Shown: in pieces, positions 25,521-39,577 of the stretch | How the letters are laid out: each line of letters begins with the position of its first letter | Numbering within the stretch: the first letter of the stretch is position 1 | DNA from: Parasitella parasitica NRRL 2501 | Lineage: Eukaryota > Fungi > Mucoromycota | Length of the DNA: 64,000 nucleotides | NCBI GenBank assembly: GCA_025201805.1 | Contig: MU619238.1 | Span: forward strand, 358,096-422,095 | Reading direction: 5' to 3' | The notes under the pieces: generated by a model | Told to the model about the DNA's origin: nothing | Databases searched by the model: none | The model's input: the letters and a program-made list of their open reading frames with translations, nothing else | Program-made: the position numbers and the translations under genes

Positions 25521-26555
25521 ATGCCTTCTCTTGAAAAAGTCGCTATTATTGGTTCTGGTAACTGGGGTTCTGCTATTGCCAAAATTGTTGGTACAAACAC
25601 TGCTCGTCACAACGATTTATTCGAACCCACTGTTCATCAATGGGTATTTGAAGAACAAATTGACGGCAAAAATCTGACAGATATCATCAATGAAAAGCAT
25701 GAGAACATAAAGTACTTGAAGGGCGTTGCTCTCCCCCACAATGTCATTGCTGTTCCTGATGTTACCCAGGCTTGTGAAGGCGCCTCTTTGGTCGTTTTTG
25801 TTGTTCCGCACCAATTTATTCATGGCATTTGTGAAAAAATGAAAGGCCATTTAGCTCCTAATGCCCGTGCTATCTCTCTCATTAAAGGTCTTGAAATCAC
25901 CACTGACGGCACCCGCCTCTTTTCCGAAGAAATCTCTCGCATTTTAGGCATTCCTTGTGCAGCTTTGAGCGGTGCCAACATTGCTAACGAGGTTGCAATG
26001 GAGAAGTTTTGTGAATCTACTATTGGTTGTCCCAACGCTGAGGATGGATTGATCTTTAAGAGATTATTTGATACACCTTATTTCCGCATCAATGTCATTC
26101 AAGACCACGTTGGCGTTCAGCTTTGTGGAGCTCTAAAGAACGTTGTCGCCGTAGGAGCTGGTTTCTCTGATGGCCTCGGACATGGTAGCAATACAAAGGC
26201 TGCAATTATTCGTTTGGGTCTTATGGAAATGCGAAAATTTGGTCAAACATTCTTTGGTGATGCTGTCCAGACCGAAACTTTCTTCGAATCTTGCGGTGCT
26301 GCTGATTTAATCACTACATGCAACGGTGGCCGTAATAGAAAAGTAGCCGAAGCCTTTGTCTTGACCGGTAAACCAATTGAACAATTAGAAACTGAATTAT
26401 TGAATGGTCAAAAGCTACAAGGTACTTTAACAGCACAAGAAGTGAATCAATTCTTACAAGCCAGAAACATGCAACACGAATTCCCTCTCTTTAATACTGT
26501 TTACCGTATTGTATATGAAGGTGTTTCTCCTGAACTTATTACTGTTGACATTTAA
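25521..26555 (+). CDS. GPD1: NAD-dependent glycerol-3-phosphate dehydrogenase (intronless)
   Basis: IGSGNWGSAIA, HENIKYL, LSGANIANEVA, CGALKNVVA, ADLITTCNGGRNRKVA, GQKLQG. Confidence 0.98.
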   Translation: MPSLEKVAIIGSGNWGSAIAKIVGTNTARHNDLFEPTVHQWVFEEQIDGKNLTDIINEKHENIKYLKGVALPHNVIAVPDVTQACEGASLVVFVVPHQFIHGICEKMKGHLAPNARAISLIKGLEITTDGTRLFSEEISRILGIPCAALSGANIANEVAMEKFCESTIGCPNAEDGLIFKRLFDTPYFRINVIQDHVGVQLCGALKNVVAVGAGFSDGLGHGSNTKAAIIRLGLMEMRKFGQTFFGDAVQTETFFESCGAADLITTCNGGRNRKVAEAFVLTGKPIEQLETELLNGQKLQGTLTAQEVNQFLQARNMQHEFPLFNTVYRIVYEGVSPELITVDI

Positions 26556-27018
26556 ACAAAAAAAAAAAACTTTAATGAATTTAGATACCTTTTGTAAATA
26601 ATTAGAATAATCAGAATTTTAGACAAATTTAGGATAATAATAAAAAACGTTCAATAATTTAATCCAAAATTTCAATTGTCAATCTCTATCGCCAAATTTG
26701 GAATACTTATTGTATCCCCGCTTATACATAGAATATGATTGGTTGGATGTAATTTTAAAACACAGCTGTACCTTGAATGTTGGTGTCAAAGATGCTGATT
26801 TATATGGAAGCTATTAGCAGAAAGATGTTGATGAAGCTATAGTTAGAATGGCAAAGGTCCTCACCAGGTGATTAAATGACGATTTAATGTGGCTCTAAAT
26901 GCACAAATGAATCAATTAGCTCTTTTATCTGTCAACGGTCATTCAAAATCCGTCCAAAAAAAGATTTCTTTACCACGTTCGATAAGTCACTCATTTACGT
27001 TGACCTTTTGAAGCCACT

Positions 27019-28338
27019 ATGAATACATACGAGTTTAATGACAGGCAGTTTGATATAAAAACTACCCGCTCATGGTTCATCTATTCAAAAGAAAATCATA
27101 TAGACCCAATTCAAATTTATCGTGTAGATACACAGCATTTCGAGATCAGAGATATTGATAACAATATCCTGTTTGAATTGAACTACAAAGATATTCATCA
27201 AGACATACGCTTCCAGTATGCAAAACATGCATATTTAGACGAAACCTTGCTATTCTTCATTGCTGCACGGTCAAGTGATGGGATACACTCTTACTTATAT
27301 CTTGTAAACCCTTTAAAGGAGCAATCTTTCCATCGACTTGATCTCAATCGAGATATAAAAGGCATTGTCACGAACATATTTGTGTCTAGTGCTCTCAAGG
27401 TAAATGTTCTCATATTTTTTCCTTAAATAAGCAACTAAATGAATATGCAGAATGAAAGTAGGAATGACTATCACATTGTGACGCTAGGTACATTAGATTC
27501 TGCCATTTATGTGTTCAGGATAACTGCTGAGATGATGACTGAAAAGCAGCCGTTGGCATGCGCATTACTGAGATCAGACGCTAGAAACTCAATAACCCAG
27601 CAACTGATTGTTCTCGATACTCAATCGAAATCACCAGCAGATGTTTATATGATGTGCGGAGGGTCCAATGGCATCATTGATTTCTTTCTGGTGAAGGCTG
27701 ACTGCAAGGTAGAAAATGAGCCTATCATTGATTTTGTAAGCCATCAGCTTGGTAAATTACCCTCAAATTGTATAGTAGCGTTTGATTTTTCGAATATAAG
27801 TCAAATAGCTAACCATTTTTTTCATTTTTAGTGCCCATTGTATCAATTCAATGTCACAAGATAAACGATCGAGAAGTCTTATTAGCCATTAGCCAAGAAC
27901 TTTTCAATCCAAATCGCATTAGTCGGTCTACCGAGCCTTCTGTCTCCATGTTAAAGTTTAATACAAAGAAATTAGTAGGTAAAAACATCACATCAATGAA
28001 ATTCCAGAGAGGAACACACATCATTAGTGGAGATATAATGACAAAAGGTACGCTAGCACCACAGGTAAAACAAATGTAGGTTTTAACAAAAAATAGAGTG
28101 TTTCCAAACACGCGCCTGCTATTTTGACCCGGATAACGGCCTTCTCATGATGACACAATTTGAATTTGACGTGAACAGGTTTGAGTTTGGTGAAAAAACA
28201 GACACTTTTCTGCAAGGAATTCCGCAAGACCTGCAACAGGTTGCCGTTCTCGATAAAAACACAAGTTGGGTTCTGGGAAAACAAGCTTTACAAAAACTGA
28301 AGTTAGCCAAAGGACTCAAAAGGAAACAATCAACATAA
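27019..28338 (+). CDS. Hypothetical beta-strand-rich protein (possible divergent beta-propeller), multi-exon
   Basis: Consecutive ORFs 27019-27426, 27439-27831, 27831-28079 and 28147-28338 separated by GT..AG intron-like gaps; no family recognised. Confidence 0.55.
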
Positions 28339-28574
28339 ATCAAGTGATTTCCCCATGCTTGCATTCTTTTTAGGAGGAAAGATATACAGTTTAGAAATTT
28401 TTATTTAAACAAAAGAGAGGGAGATACATGATAAGATTATTAAAGAAATATGAGAATATTTCCAATGTTTTATATCCATTGGGAACTTTGATAGTATTAG
28501 ACGCCATTTATATTGATGATTAGAAGGAAGGGTCACAGAGATTCACGGTGAGTGTAAACTGAATTTCAAGGGAT

Positions 28575-29862
<1,288 letters not shown>

Positions 29863-30043
29863 TTTATATCTGCCTCTGTCTCTGTCTCTAGTGTGCCTCG
29901 TTTGAATGAAAATGGATACGAGAAGAAAAAAGAAAGTAAAGAAAGGAGGGAAGAAGGGAAGAAGGGAAGAAGGGGAAATGGGTTTATATTGTGTCGAAAA
30001 ATAGGATTTTCTTCTAACAGGTTCAAAGGTTTAAAAAGCAGCA

Positions 30044-31408
30044 TCAACCAACCACGATGGGAGAATCATGTTGCATTTGCTCTTCAGCTTGCGCTTTAAA
30101 TAATTGAGCGTTGGGCTCTGGTATAATGGCTATATGTTCGTCGTTGATCTTAACTTCCATGCCTCTCTCTGGAGTGTGGAACTTGTCTTTGATAGGCTGC
30201 AACAGGACATTTAGTTTAGGAGTGACAACCAGAATGTTGTTGGTGGGAATTGTAAGCCAATCAGCCTTTTCAAATGTCAAAGGTTCTACATCACAAGGAG
30301 ATTCAATAATGAAACCAGCATGTTCAGCAATCTCTCAATTTACCTGATGCAACGACAACAATGTCTTCTCGTCTGTCAGCCTTCACCATGCGATAATGCC
30401 CAGGGCGATAGCATTCGAATCTTGTACCGGACGAAAAATACAGCGACGCTGCTTCTTCGGATTTGCTGCTGATGTAACGAATGCAAACAACTGTTTGACC
30501 ATCGGTAACTGCAAAATTTAATAATGATGGCTGATATTTTGTATGTTAGCATGGCTATTTAAGATCACATTCAACTCTTCTACCTCGGTAATGTTGTATT
30601 CCTCAGCATAAGCATTCAATCGAGCAACTGTCTTGAGCATCGCTTCTTTCAATTCTTGATGTTCAAACGAATTGGCGTTTGGGTTTTTCAGCTATTTAGA
30701 TGGATGAGTCACCTATTATATTGCCAATGTCTGGCCAACTTACAAAGCTTAGGAATAAAGCAAAGGCCCATTCCGAATCTGTGCTGCCCTGGACAAACAA
30801 AAAAAGCTCTTCCGGTAAAGAGTTTTGCAATTTACGCTTGAATTTATCGAATTCAGCAATACCTCCATTATGCATCCACATCAAGCGTCCAAAACTACAA
30901 ATGTATAAAACTGTGAATCTTTCTGGCTGTATAATTTGCCAACTAACTTACGACCAAGGATGGCAATTTGTTTCAGAAACAGCTCCAGATGTGCTTGCAC
31001 GGACGTGAGCAAACACAAGTGGGCTCCTAACCTTTTCAGCAAGTCTCACCAAGTTGATGTTGTTCCATGCTGGTGTTACGGAAGTGAAGATACAGGGTGT
31101 TATGGGATCCTGCTCTGTCTCCGGTGTTTCATTATCATACCATCCAACGCCAAATCCATCGCCTAAGCAGATGTCGTCAGTCTTCTCGTGAGTTGCCATT
31201 TAGACTCGAAATTGCTTCTTACCGTTCAATGGTCTCCTAGCATCCAAACGCAATCGAGAATCAAACGATTGGTTAACAATAGAGTGCTTTGGCCGTGTAA
31301 TAAGCTAAAGCAACCAGTGAATCAAGGATTTCATTTTAACACTACCTGAAGACTTACATGAGCCAGTAGAATGGGTTGGTTTCCTTTGTATAACAGAAAT
31401 CTACACAT
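30044..31408 (-). CDS. DUG3: Class II glutamine amidotransferase (glutathione degradosome Dug3-like), multi-exon
   Basis: N-terminal MCRFLLYKG, NG|DGFGVGWY, PAWNNINL, FAHVRAST, NCHP, WMHNGGI, GSTDSEWAFALFL, SLYFSSGT. Confidence 0.93.
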
Positions 31409-31674
31409 GTTGCGAATTAGTGAAAGAAGAAAGAATGTGGAAAGAAGAAAAAAATATCTAGCCTTTAACCAAAAGAAACAGATCTTTGATTGGTTTATGT
31501 ACGAATGCTGTCATTTTCTTCCATTCGCCCGACATTCAATCCTTTGTTTTCTATCTTCAAAAAGGGGATTGCCGTTTCATAAAAAGCATCAAATGATTCG
31601 GTCAAGACATGTGGATGCTTCTCATACCATTTGGTAGTATATCAAAATAGCCACAAAAAAGTCATGCAGTAAAG

Positions 31675-32520
31675 TACAGAGGCTCCACCCCAAAGAGCTG
31701 AATTCGCTTTTGTCTTTGACTGAATCCATTTTTTTTATGGCCCAAAGTTCGTTTTTGTGAACTGCCCAAATTCGCTTTTGTATTAGTCAATGTTCGCTTT
31801 TGCAGCACTCAATGTTAGACACATAAATATTTTTTAAATTAGAGGGGTTTTTTATTGAGGTTTTTCTGAAAATTGGTAACAGAGTGTTGAGCAATATTAA
31901 GGGTCTTTCTGCTAACGCTTTCACTAAATTCACTAATTCTAGTTTTTAATCTTCTATTTCTCGAAAAACACTTTGTCCCATTGAATTCTTTATAACCGAC
32001 TAGAAATTTTCAATTGGATTGAGTTTAGGAGAATATGGAGGAAGAGATATAGCTCTATAGCCTCTCAACTCGATTAAACTCGTGATACTCTGGGAGGTAT
32101 GAATTGGTCCATTATCCTTGATGTATAAATTTTTCATTTCAGGAAGCCTGACCATCTCATCAAATTTCTTTGAATCAAATCTCATATAATGCCCTGTGAT
32201 AGTTCCTTATGACAAAGTTTTTGCCACAGGCTTCTTTCTTTTCTTACTTCCATCGACCTTTACTTTTTTAGGCTTAAACGGCTCCCTTATCAAAGTCGAA
32301 ATAACATCGTGAGTATCGAAAAGCAGACAATAAAGATCCAACATTGAAAGGATTCGTCTCTTCCTCATAATCGATTGCCTCATTTCCTTGTTCATCAGCA
32401 ATGTTCCCTTGTCCATCTTCATAACAAAAAGTTGTTGCTCATTTCAAATAAGATAAAAAAAAAAAAATTATGAACAGCAGTTTACAAAAACGAATTTTAG
32501 TTCTTTGGAAAGCGAACTTA
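31675..32520 (-). mobile_element. Internally deleted Tc1/mariner-like element with subterminal repeats
   Basis: TA-CAG end at ~31675; four direct TTCG(C/T)TTTTG repeats at 31700-31802, inverted copies at 32484-32519; C-terminal transposase motifs DNGPIH and LPPYSPKLNPIENF. Confidence 0.8.
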
Positions 32521-33096
32521 ATCAATAAAATATAAATTACAGTGGCTCCTTAATGCTTAAGAACGGCCTTGTCGGCTTTGCGCTAAAAGTAGACTGGAGA
32601 TTTATTCAAGATGAAAAGAAAACAGTTATTTATGAGATCCCAACTGGTTCAGGTAAGATATATTAAATAGTAACATCGGATTGCCAGGCGTTACAACGAT
32701 TTTTAAATTACGGATACAGCTTGAAGGAAACGGCTTGCTTGATTTAGCTTGCATAACTAGCCACAATGGAATTGCCATGTAGAATAACAAACAGAAAAAC
32801 GACGAGTGAAGCAAATAAATAACCGTTAATACGCTGGCAAGTAATACACCGTGTTCTTCATCAGTCAAATGCGAATAAAAGAACCAAGGGCTTCTGTGCT
32901 CACCTTGTACCAAACAAAACGGCTTCCGCTTGGTAAAGCTTACGGCTCTCGATTTGCAGGATTTCTTTTTCGCAAGAGAAAGCAAAAAAATTACCTAAGG
33001 CATTATATACGTACCAACGGTATGATTTGATATGTATCTTTATTGGCAAGCTAATACCAGTAAACCTCTTTTTTTTTCTGCGCAGTCTGCGGAGAA

Positions 33097-34143
33097 CTAA
33101 ATATTGTGATCAATCCTTCCTTTGCAATTTTGCTCAGAAATCTCATGTGTACTCTGTTTGATGTGCTCAATCAATTCATTTGAGCCTCTCAAACCTGGTT
33201 TTCTTTTGACCAAAGTTTTCAGCTTCGAGAAACACTCCTCAATAAGGTTGAGGGAAGGCGAATAAGGAGGCAACAGGCTCATGTGATGATTTGAATTCTT
33301 GAAAAGCTCTTTTACCACAGGCGATTTGTGAATGGAAGCATTATCCATCACAAAAAAAGTGGGAACCAGCATTGGTATCATCCAGCTTCTTCATAACCCC
33401 ACTCACAAAACCCTTAAAGATCTCCCCTGTCGTGCCAACTTTGACAACTTTAACTGAGACATCTTCAACGCCATGGTAGGAGATGCCTGCAAGAATTGAC
33501 ATATTTACAGCTCGCTTCGTGGCATTTACAACTACGCTTGAAGAGCCTTTCTTGGGGTAGCCTTGTCCACGTACAAGATTAGCATTGAATCCAGCCTCGT
33601 TCATAAAGATGCAATTGGTCTTGTAGGCGATACCTCTTTCAGGTTATCTTTGGACAACATAATCGTACGGTATCTTTGCTGGATCGTTGCCTCGGTGTTT
33701 CTTCGCTCCCTCACTGGCTTTGTACGCTTTAGCGTAAATCCAAGGCCATTGACAAGGTAATGCCATACGCCACTTGTAGATATGCCTTTGCAAGCAAGGT
33801 CTGGGAACTTCTGTTCCAATGCTTCTTTGAGCATATCAAGAGTCTGTGTGCAGTCCTCGTCCAAAAGCTTTTTGATATACTCTCCATGCTCATGCTCAAA
33901 CTTTGTTGTCTCCTTTTATCTTCCTCCTCTTGGCTTCTTCTCCACACGGCCCTCCGTGTACCAAACATCTAGGATATTTCTGACAGATGAGGTGGACAAT
34001 TGGTATCGTCGCGCAGCCTCTGAAGCAGTAATTGTTCCATTTTCTGCAACTTGCTCGATGACAAGTTGTCTAACGACGGTTGGAATATCTTTATACAATT
34101 TTTTTTCGGCTCTTCTGTCTTTGGTTGATGAAGTACGAGGCAT
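33097..34143 (-). pseudogene. Tc1/IS630-family transposase pseudogene (near full length)
   Basis: HTH (SEAARRYQLSTSSV), LGFTLKR, CIFMNEAGFN (catalytic D read as N), VMDNASIHK, LPPYSPSLNLIEECFSKLK; in-frame TAA at 33916-33918 and two frameshifts. Confidence 0.9.
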
Positions 34144-34498
34144 TTTTTTTAGATCAAGTGTGATTGAGAAATGTGAAATGTGAAATAATACGGTATGTAA
34201 AAGAGAATAGAAAGGCTATAATTAAGCAGAATGTAAGCTATGTAATGTATACGGTACAAATGATGCAATGATTGCCATCCTAATTAACGTTTCATGCCAC
34301 CAGTACCGTACCTACCTACCGTACCAAACCTACAGTATGTTGTCATGTCATTGTCAATTTATTCTCATGTAGTGCACATTTGCCATTTTGATCTAATGTT
34401 TTTGCAAATTCAGATACAGGCTTAGCTAATTGCAATTTTTTTTTGTAATATTGAATGCATTCTAGTGTTACAAACTATAGGTAAACTAACTAAACAGA

Positions 34499-34790
34499 TT
34501 GCATCATGTTTTGAACTTACATATTTCTGTCCCAAATCTAGGATTAAGCATAACAGCATGCGGCTTTACTCAACATGCGAGTGGTGCCAGCGTCATGTTT
34601 GAGCTGATGAAAGTCCAATGCCCCGCCTCACTTCACGACTTGCCCCCGTTCTGTATGCAATTGAATAAGCTAAGAATGCTCCAGCAATTTTACGATAATT
34701 ACTGTTCAGTAACTGCAAGCAACAATCGCAAAAAGAAATCTCCCGCACATGCTGATCTGGATTTAGACAGAATATTGAATAAAGTACATT
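34499..34790 (+). pseudogene. 3' fragment of an uncharacterised Mucorales-type repetitive gene family
   Basis: LSITACGFTQHASGASVMFELMKVQCPASLHDLP resembles C-termini of multicopy Mucorales hypothetical proteins; no clear start. Confidence 0.3.
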
Positions 34791-35761
34791 ATGCGTGCGC
34801 GGCAACTTCCCGACGACACTTTGCTCCAGCGACTTCTCCCCCACCTCCAAACTTCTGCCGGCCACTCGCAATAGTACAAGTTGATAGCGAACCCGTTGAG
34901 GCAAACCTGCGCGCAGCAGCTCGACACTCTGGACCGCTGTACCTTCTCGTCCCTGTAGCGACAAAACGACTCTTTGTGCCGGCCCCAATGCTCAGACTAT
35001 CTCGTCTTGTCGTCGCTCTCTGGGAGTAGACCCCGTTTTATAGCTGCCTATGACACTCTTGGAGCATAGCCAGTTTCTTCGATGGCGTCTTGGTTGGCTC
35101 CCTGGGGGGGGGGCAAACCTCGACCATGCCCATACTATTCTACAATACACCTCTCCCGCGCCCATGTCACTACTTGCCTCAACGTCCACCGTCGGCTCCA
35201 AATGCCAAAATCCATCTAGGATCCTATCTCCTACTTACTTAATATACTACCTGTAAAGAAGCCTCGTGATGCTCATCTTATTTCTTCCTGGTCTGCCCGT
35301 TGGACTATTATCCGCCTTCTTCTGTTTGAATTGGACTACATTTTTCATGCTAACGCTTTCCCCCCTCCCCCAGCAAATCTAGGTGCTAGTTTGGTACATT
35401 GGTTGCAAGGTTAAAAGTGCTTATATTTCTGATATGTATCTGAATCTTTCTTTTTACTCTCTTCACTTTTCTTTAATTCTTGTCTTTTCCCTGTTTTTCT
35501 TTTTCTATTTCTATTTTCTTACTCTTGTTTTGATGTCTCTTTATTCTTCAATACTTTTTTCTTTTTCCCTCTTCACTCTTGGGAGGGGTCTTTCAACTTC
35601 TTATCTTGGCGAGCTGGTTTGGGGCGACCTTTTATTTTTATTTTCCTTTTTAAATAAATCTCCATTTAATCGTACCTGATCCACACTTGGTATAGGTGCT
35701 TTATTTATGGTCATTTTTTACGCTAAAGTAAGCCCCCCTTGAAAGCTATTGCTTAAAAAAA
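34790..35761 (+). mobile_element. 5'-truncated, decayed non-LTR retrotransposon (LINE-like): ORF C-terminus, 3'UTR and A tail
   Basis: GC-richer segment with VDPVL*LPMT..RWRLGWLPGG, CLNVHRRLQMP, DPISYLLNILP, RW..LLFELDY; pyrimidine-rich 3'UTR ending CCCCCTTGAAAGCTATTGCTT-A7. Confidence 0.75.
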
Positions 35762-37300
35762 GGATGATTTTCAGATTTGTAGCAGAAAAAAGCGCCAAAA
35801 AAGTGAATATGTGCATATCCATGTGGCATATTCACATCTCGGGATGTCTAATACATTATTTAGGGTCTTCTCAAGTATGAAAATATCTTTTAAACCCAAA
35901 ATGTCAAATATATACATCTCCTATAAGTTATTAAAGGTTGATTAAAATACACTCATCTATTATCCAACTATATCGTATCGCCTAAGAAGATATAGTGTAA
36001 TAAGGACGACGTTATCTATAGAAGTAGATCCTTCATGTACAGTAGTTAATAAATATTCTCGAAAAATGCAAAGTTTTCCAAAACATCTGACGAAAAGCCA
36101 TTATCTCACTAAACATAACTCTCTAAAGAACGTATTGTAAAAGTCTAAAACAATAATAATAGTAAAACGTTCAACATTATACAAAATGAGTGTACTCACT
36201 TAAAAGATTTCTCTTTTAACGTTTTTGGGATTTTTTTTTTAGACCATCAATGTTCAGCGATTGTCCATAAAACACCCATCATTAAAAAAAGGGCAATTTC
36301 GCCCAAATCCAATGTTTAACCTTAGAGATGGCATTTTTTCTCAGCACATTTCTTGGTCAAAATGGGCACAAAAACTTGCTCTTTCGCCTCAATGACAGTG
36401 CACTGCAAGCTTATATGCGATAGTGAGAGTTTTCTTAAAAAGCATATATTCAAATAATCGCTTTTCCTGAAAAATTTTAGGAACAAGTGTGCTTTGATAT
36501 TTGTAACTTTGGATGTAAAATTGAACGCTCTATAAACTGATATTAATTGACTAGTATAATTAGCATGCGTATCTTTCAGTATCCTTGAAGAATGAAAAAT
36601 AGAGATGTTTCAAGACCCAACTGCGGTTCAGAGTTAAAATGCCGCCCATTCTGCTGCTGCTGCTGATTCTACGGCATTATCACATTGCTCTACTTCAGAT
36701 GCAAGTTATTGAATAGCAACATACACTAAACATCCCTTAATTTATATATTATGTTTTACTGTCTCAATTTTTTGATCCACTTGCCTTCCCAGCAAAGATA
36801 GAATTTCATTGAGAAGACAGATTGCTGCTGATCTGTTAACTACATTTAGCGCGCGCTTCAAATTTTTGTTTTGCTCTGGCAATACTAGAGTATGCAACAG
36901 CACCAATGTATATGAGCTTTTATTTTCACTACCAAATCTCTTATAAGCGGTACAACAACCGTCTGTAGCGTTGCTCTTGTCTTGCACTCACTGCATTAAT
37001 TTGAGCCAACCAATAGATAACTGATCCCTATTTATCTTTTCGTCAAAGGCATTATATTGATGTTGGTAATCGAGAATATGTTGTTTAATTATGTATATAT
37101 ATGGAGTGTAAACATAAACAAACTGACTCTTTCTACTATATGTACATTCAAGAAAAGTTGTGTGTAAATTACACATAAACACAGTCGAGATTGAGGAATG
37201 TTTTCAAACATGCGTAAAAACACATTCTCAATACAATGTATAAATAGGATCATTTCTTATATTGATTCATTTCAAATCAACTACATACAAATTGGTAATC

Positions 37301-39310
37301 ATGGTTAGCCCATTATCATTAGCAGTTGCTGCATTGCTTGTGTCTTCAGCTCTTGCCCGCACCAGCCCTGCCCAAAGATTTAACGGGTATCTCTTTCCTC
37401 GGGCTATAGAGAATAATTTAGACGAGTGTCGCGAAACCAATGGATATGAAAATGATGTTGTAGGTAGCTCGAAGCCTTTGATTACACAGTATCAACTCAA
37501 TTTGCGTTTGCATATCTTAGCTGACTAGATTTACTGGCATCTTTTTTGGTGATTTCTATACTGGCGGTGGCACAGATATTTTGGGTGGCCTTGCCGTGCA
37601 AGGAAATATGCATGCCCCCAACTACGTGGTCAATGCAAATCATGTAAATATATCTTTGGGAAATTTATAATGCGTATATAACAAATAATTCCTTTCTAGG
37701 GCGCTGATTGCAGTGATCCGAATTCTTTGAATTCGTACGGGTTAGTTGTTGGTGGTATCGTTGATACTTTCAATACTCATGTGCACGGGAATGCGTTTCT
37801 CAATTCTGGAGGAACAATCGAAGAGGTCATTGAGCTCGATGTTGGTTGCTTTGTTACAGATGAAGCGGGCACTGGTATCTTTGATTTTGCCTTAGTCAAT
37901 CAGATGTCCATTGCCTCAAATCAAGATTTTGCTAACCTACAGCCTACTACTATATTGGACAGTGATGGCACATTGACAGAGCTTCGTGATAACCAATTAG
38001 CAAACTACGAAATAATTACATTCCACTCTTGCGAGGGCGCCCTCTGTAGCTCATATAATAATCTTGAATCAGATCCGTCCGCCATTTTGTTAGGGCAAGG
38101 CAATTGGAATGGCATCCAAGGCTCAGAAATCGATCCTGACAAAACCTACGTGATGAATGTATGCATACAGGCAGACTACTTATTATGGAAATCTTATATT
38201 AATCTCTCGAATAGATTCCTGTTACGAACGGTGCAACTATTGAAATCGACACTAACAACCCTACACTTGGTTTCAATCCCTGTAAATTGATCTACAATTT
38301 TTATCCTGTGGACGAAGCAGGCCAATACGTTGCTGACGGTGAATTTACACTTATCCGCAGAACATCAAATCAATTTGGTGGTTTTACTCTGGCCCCACGA
38401 GGTAAGCAGCAGTACAAACCCCATAATTTGAGCATTTGACTAAGCTAGCACTGATTCACTAGGTCATATCGTGGATGGCAGTGTTGGCAATTTCTCTGGA
38501 AACCTTATCGGCTTAGACTATACTTGGGAGAACTTGAATGCAGGTGTTGAAATCCACGATTATGCAGCTGCTGGTGGTCTTTGCGATCAATACTTGGGCT
38601 GCGTTCCCGTACATGTCACCACCGAACCAAGCTCTGTTCCGCTCCCTACAGATACTTCTGTTACTGAATCAAGAACCAAAACCTGGAGTATAACTGAGCC
38701 GATTGAAAACACTAGCGAAACCACTACTCTAACATACTCACCCGGACCTAGTCCATCAGACAGTATCATTACCAGTACGTACAGCCCATGTCCTGCTGAT
38801 ACCACAGAAACTACTACTTCTGTTACAACAACTACAACATCTGTCGATGACCTTACCGAGACCGTAACTGTCATTGCTCCTGATGTTACTGGAACAACGA
38901 CAGAAACTGAAGCCACACTGACATTGACAGAAAGTGGAAGCACAATTACAACTACTATAAAAGGAACAACAACCAAGACACTCGTCCTCATAGTACCTAC
39001 CATTAAAACCGAATCTAACTGTGCAAACAGTTCAGTTTGTACTGACCATGATCACGGCCACGACCACGATCACGATCACGACCACGGCCATCACAATCAC
39101 CACGGAAAGGATCACGATGATGATGAAGATGATGATGAGGATGACGACGAGGATGATGATGAGGACGAAGATAAATATAATGATAGCGACGACGATGATG
39201 ACAAAAAGAAGAAATGGCATAAAGACGACGACGATGAAGAAGATGATGATGACGACGACAACGATGATGATGACAAACATTGGAAAGGCAAAAAAGATAA
39301 AAACTACTAG
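37301..39310 (+). CDS. Secreted protein: choice-of-anchor A / ice-binding-like adhesive domain, Thr-rich stalk, His/Asp-rich tail; multi-exon
   Basis: Signal peptide MVSPLSLAVAALLVSSALA; FTGIFFGDFY..TDILGGLAVQGNM..YVVN, GLVVGG, LIYNFYP, GFTLAPRG..GNFSGNLIG. Confidence 0.65.
39044..39275 (+). repeat. (GACCAC)n / (GAT/GAC)n low-complexity tract encoding DH repeats and poly-D/E
   Basis: Seen directly in sequence. Confidence 0.9.
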
Positions 39311-39577
39311 ATCATACATAATTAACATAATTCAATAATAATAATAAAAAAAAAGAGGATTTCTGTACATGACAGACATAAGCACCAAACAGTTTGCATT
39401 CTTTGTTTATAAACGCTTTCTAGCGATAATACTCGAGTCATTTCTTGGCCAAGTGCGTCTGCTTCTGACTGGGAACTGGAGAGTAAAGCATTGAAAGCCA
39501 GTAAAGCCTACATTACATAACTGACGCTTTTTGTTTTTCTTTATTAAATTTTCCTGTCTTTTTTGCTCATCCAAACT

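Noticed and set aside
3159-26555. Possible peroxisome/lipid gene cluster (ACBP, DUF4449, OYE, PEX11, GPD1)
   Set aside because: Genes are interspersed with unrelated genes over 23 kb; no PTS1 or read-through PTS1 seen on OYE or GPD1
31700-31802. Spaced direct repeats resembling a mini CRISPR array
   Set aside because: Only ~11-13 bp, irregular spacing, eukaryotic context; better explained as transposon subterminal repeats
35803-35835. Inverted repeat GTGAATATG...CATATTCAC
   Set aside because: AT-rich short stem without supporting context
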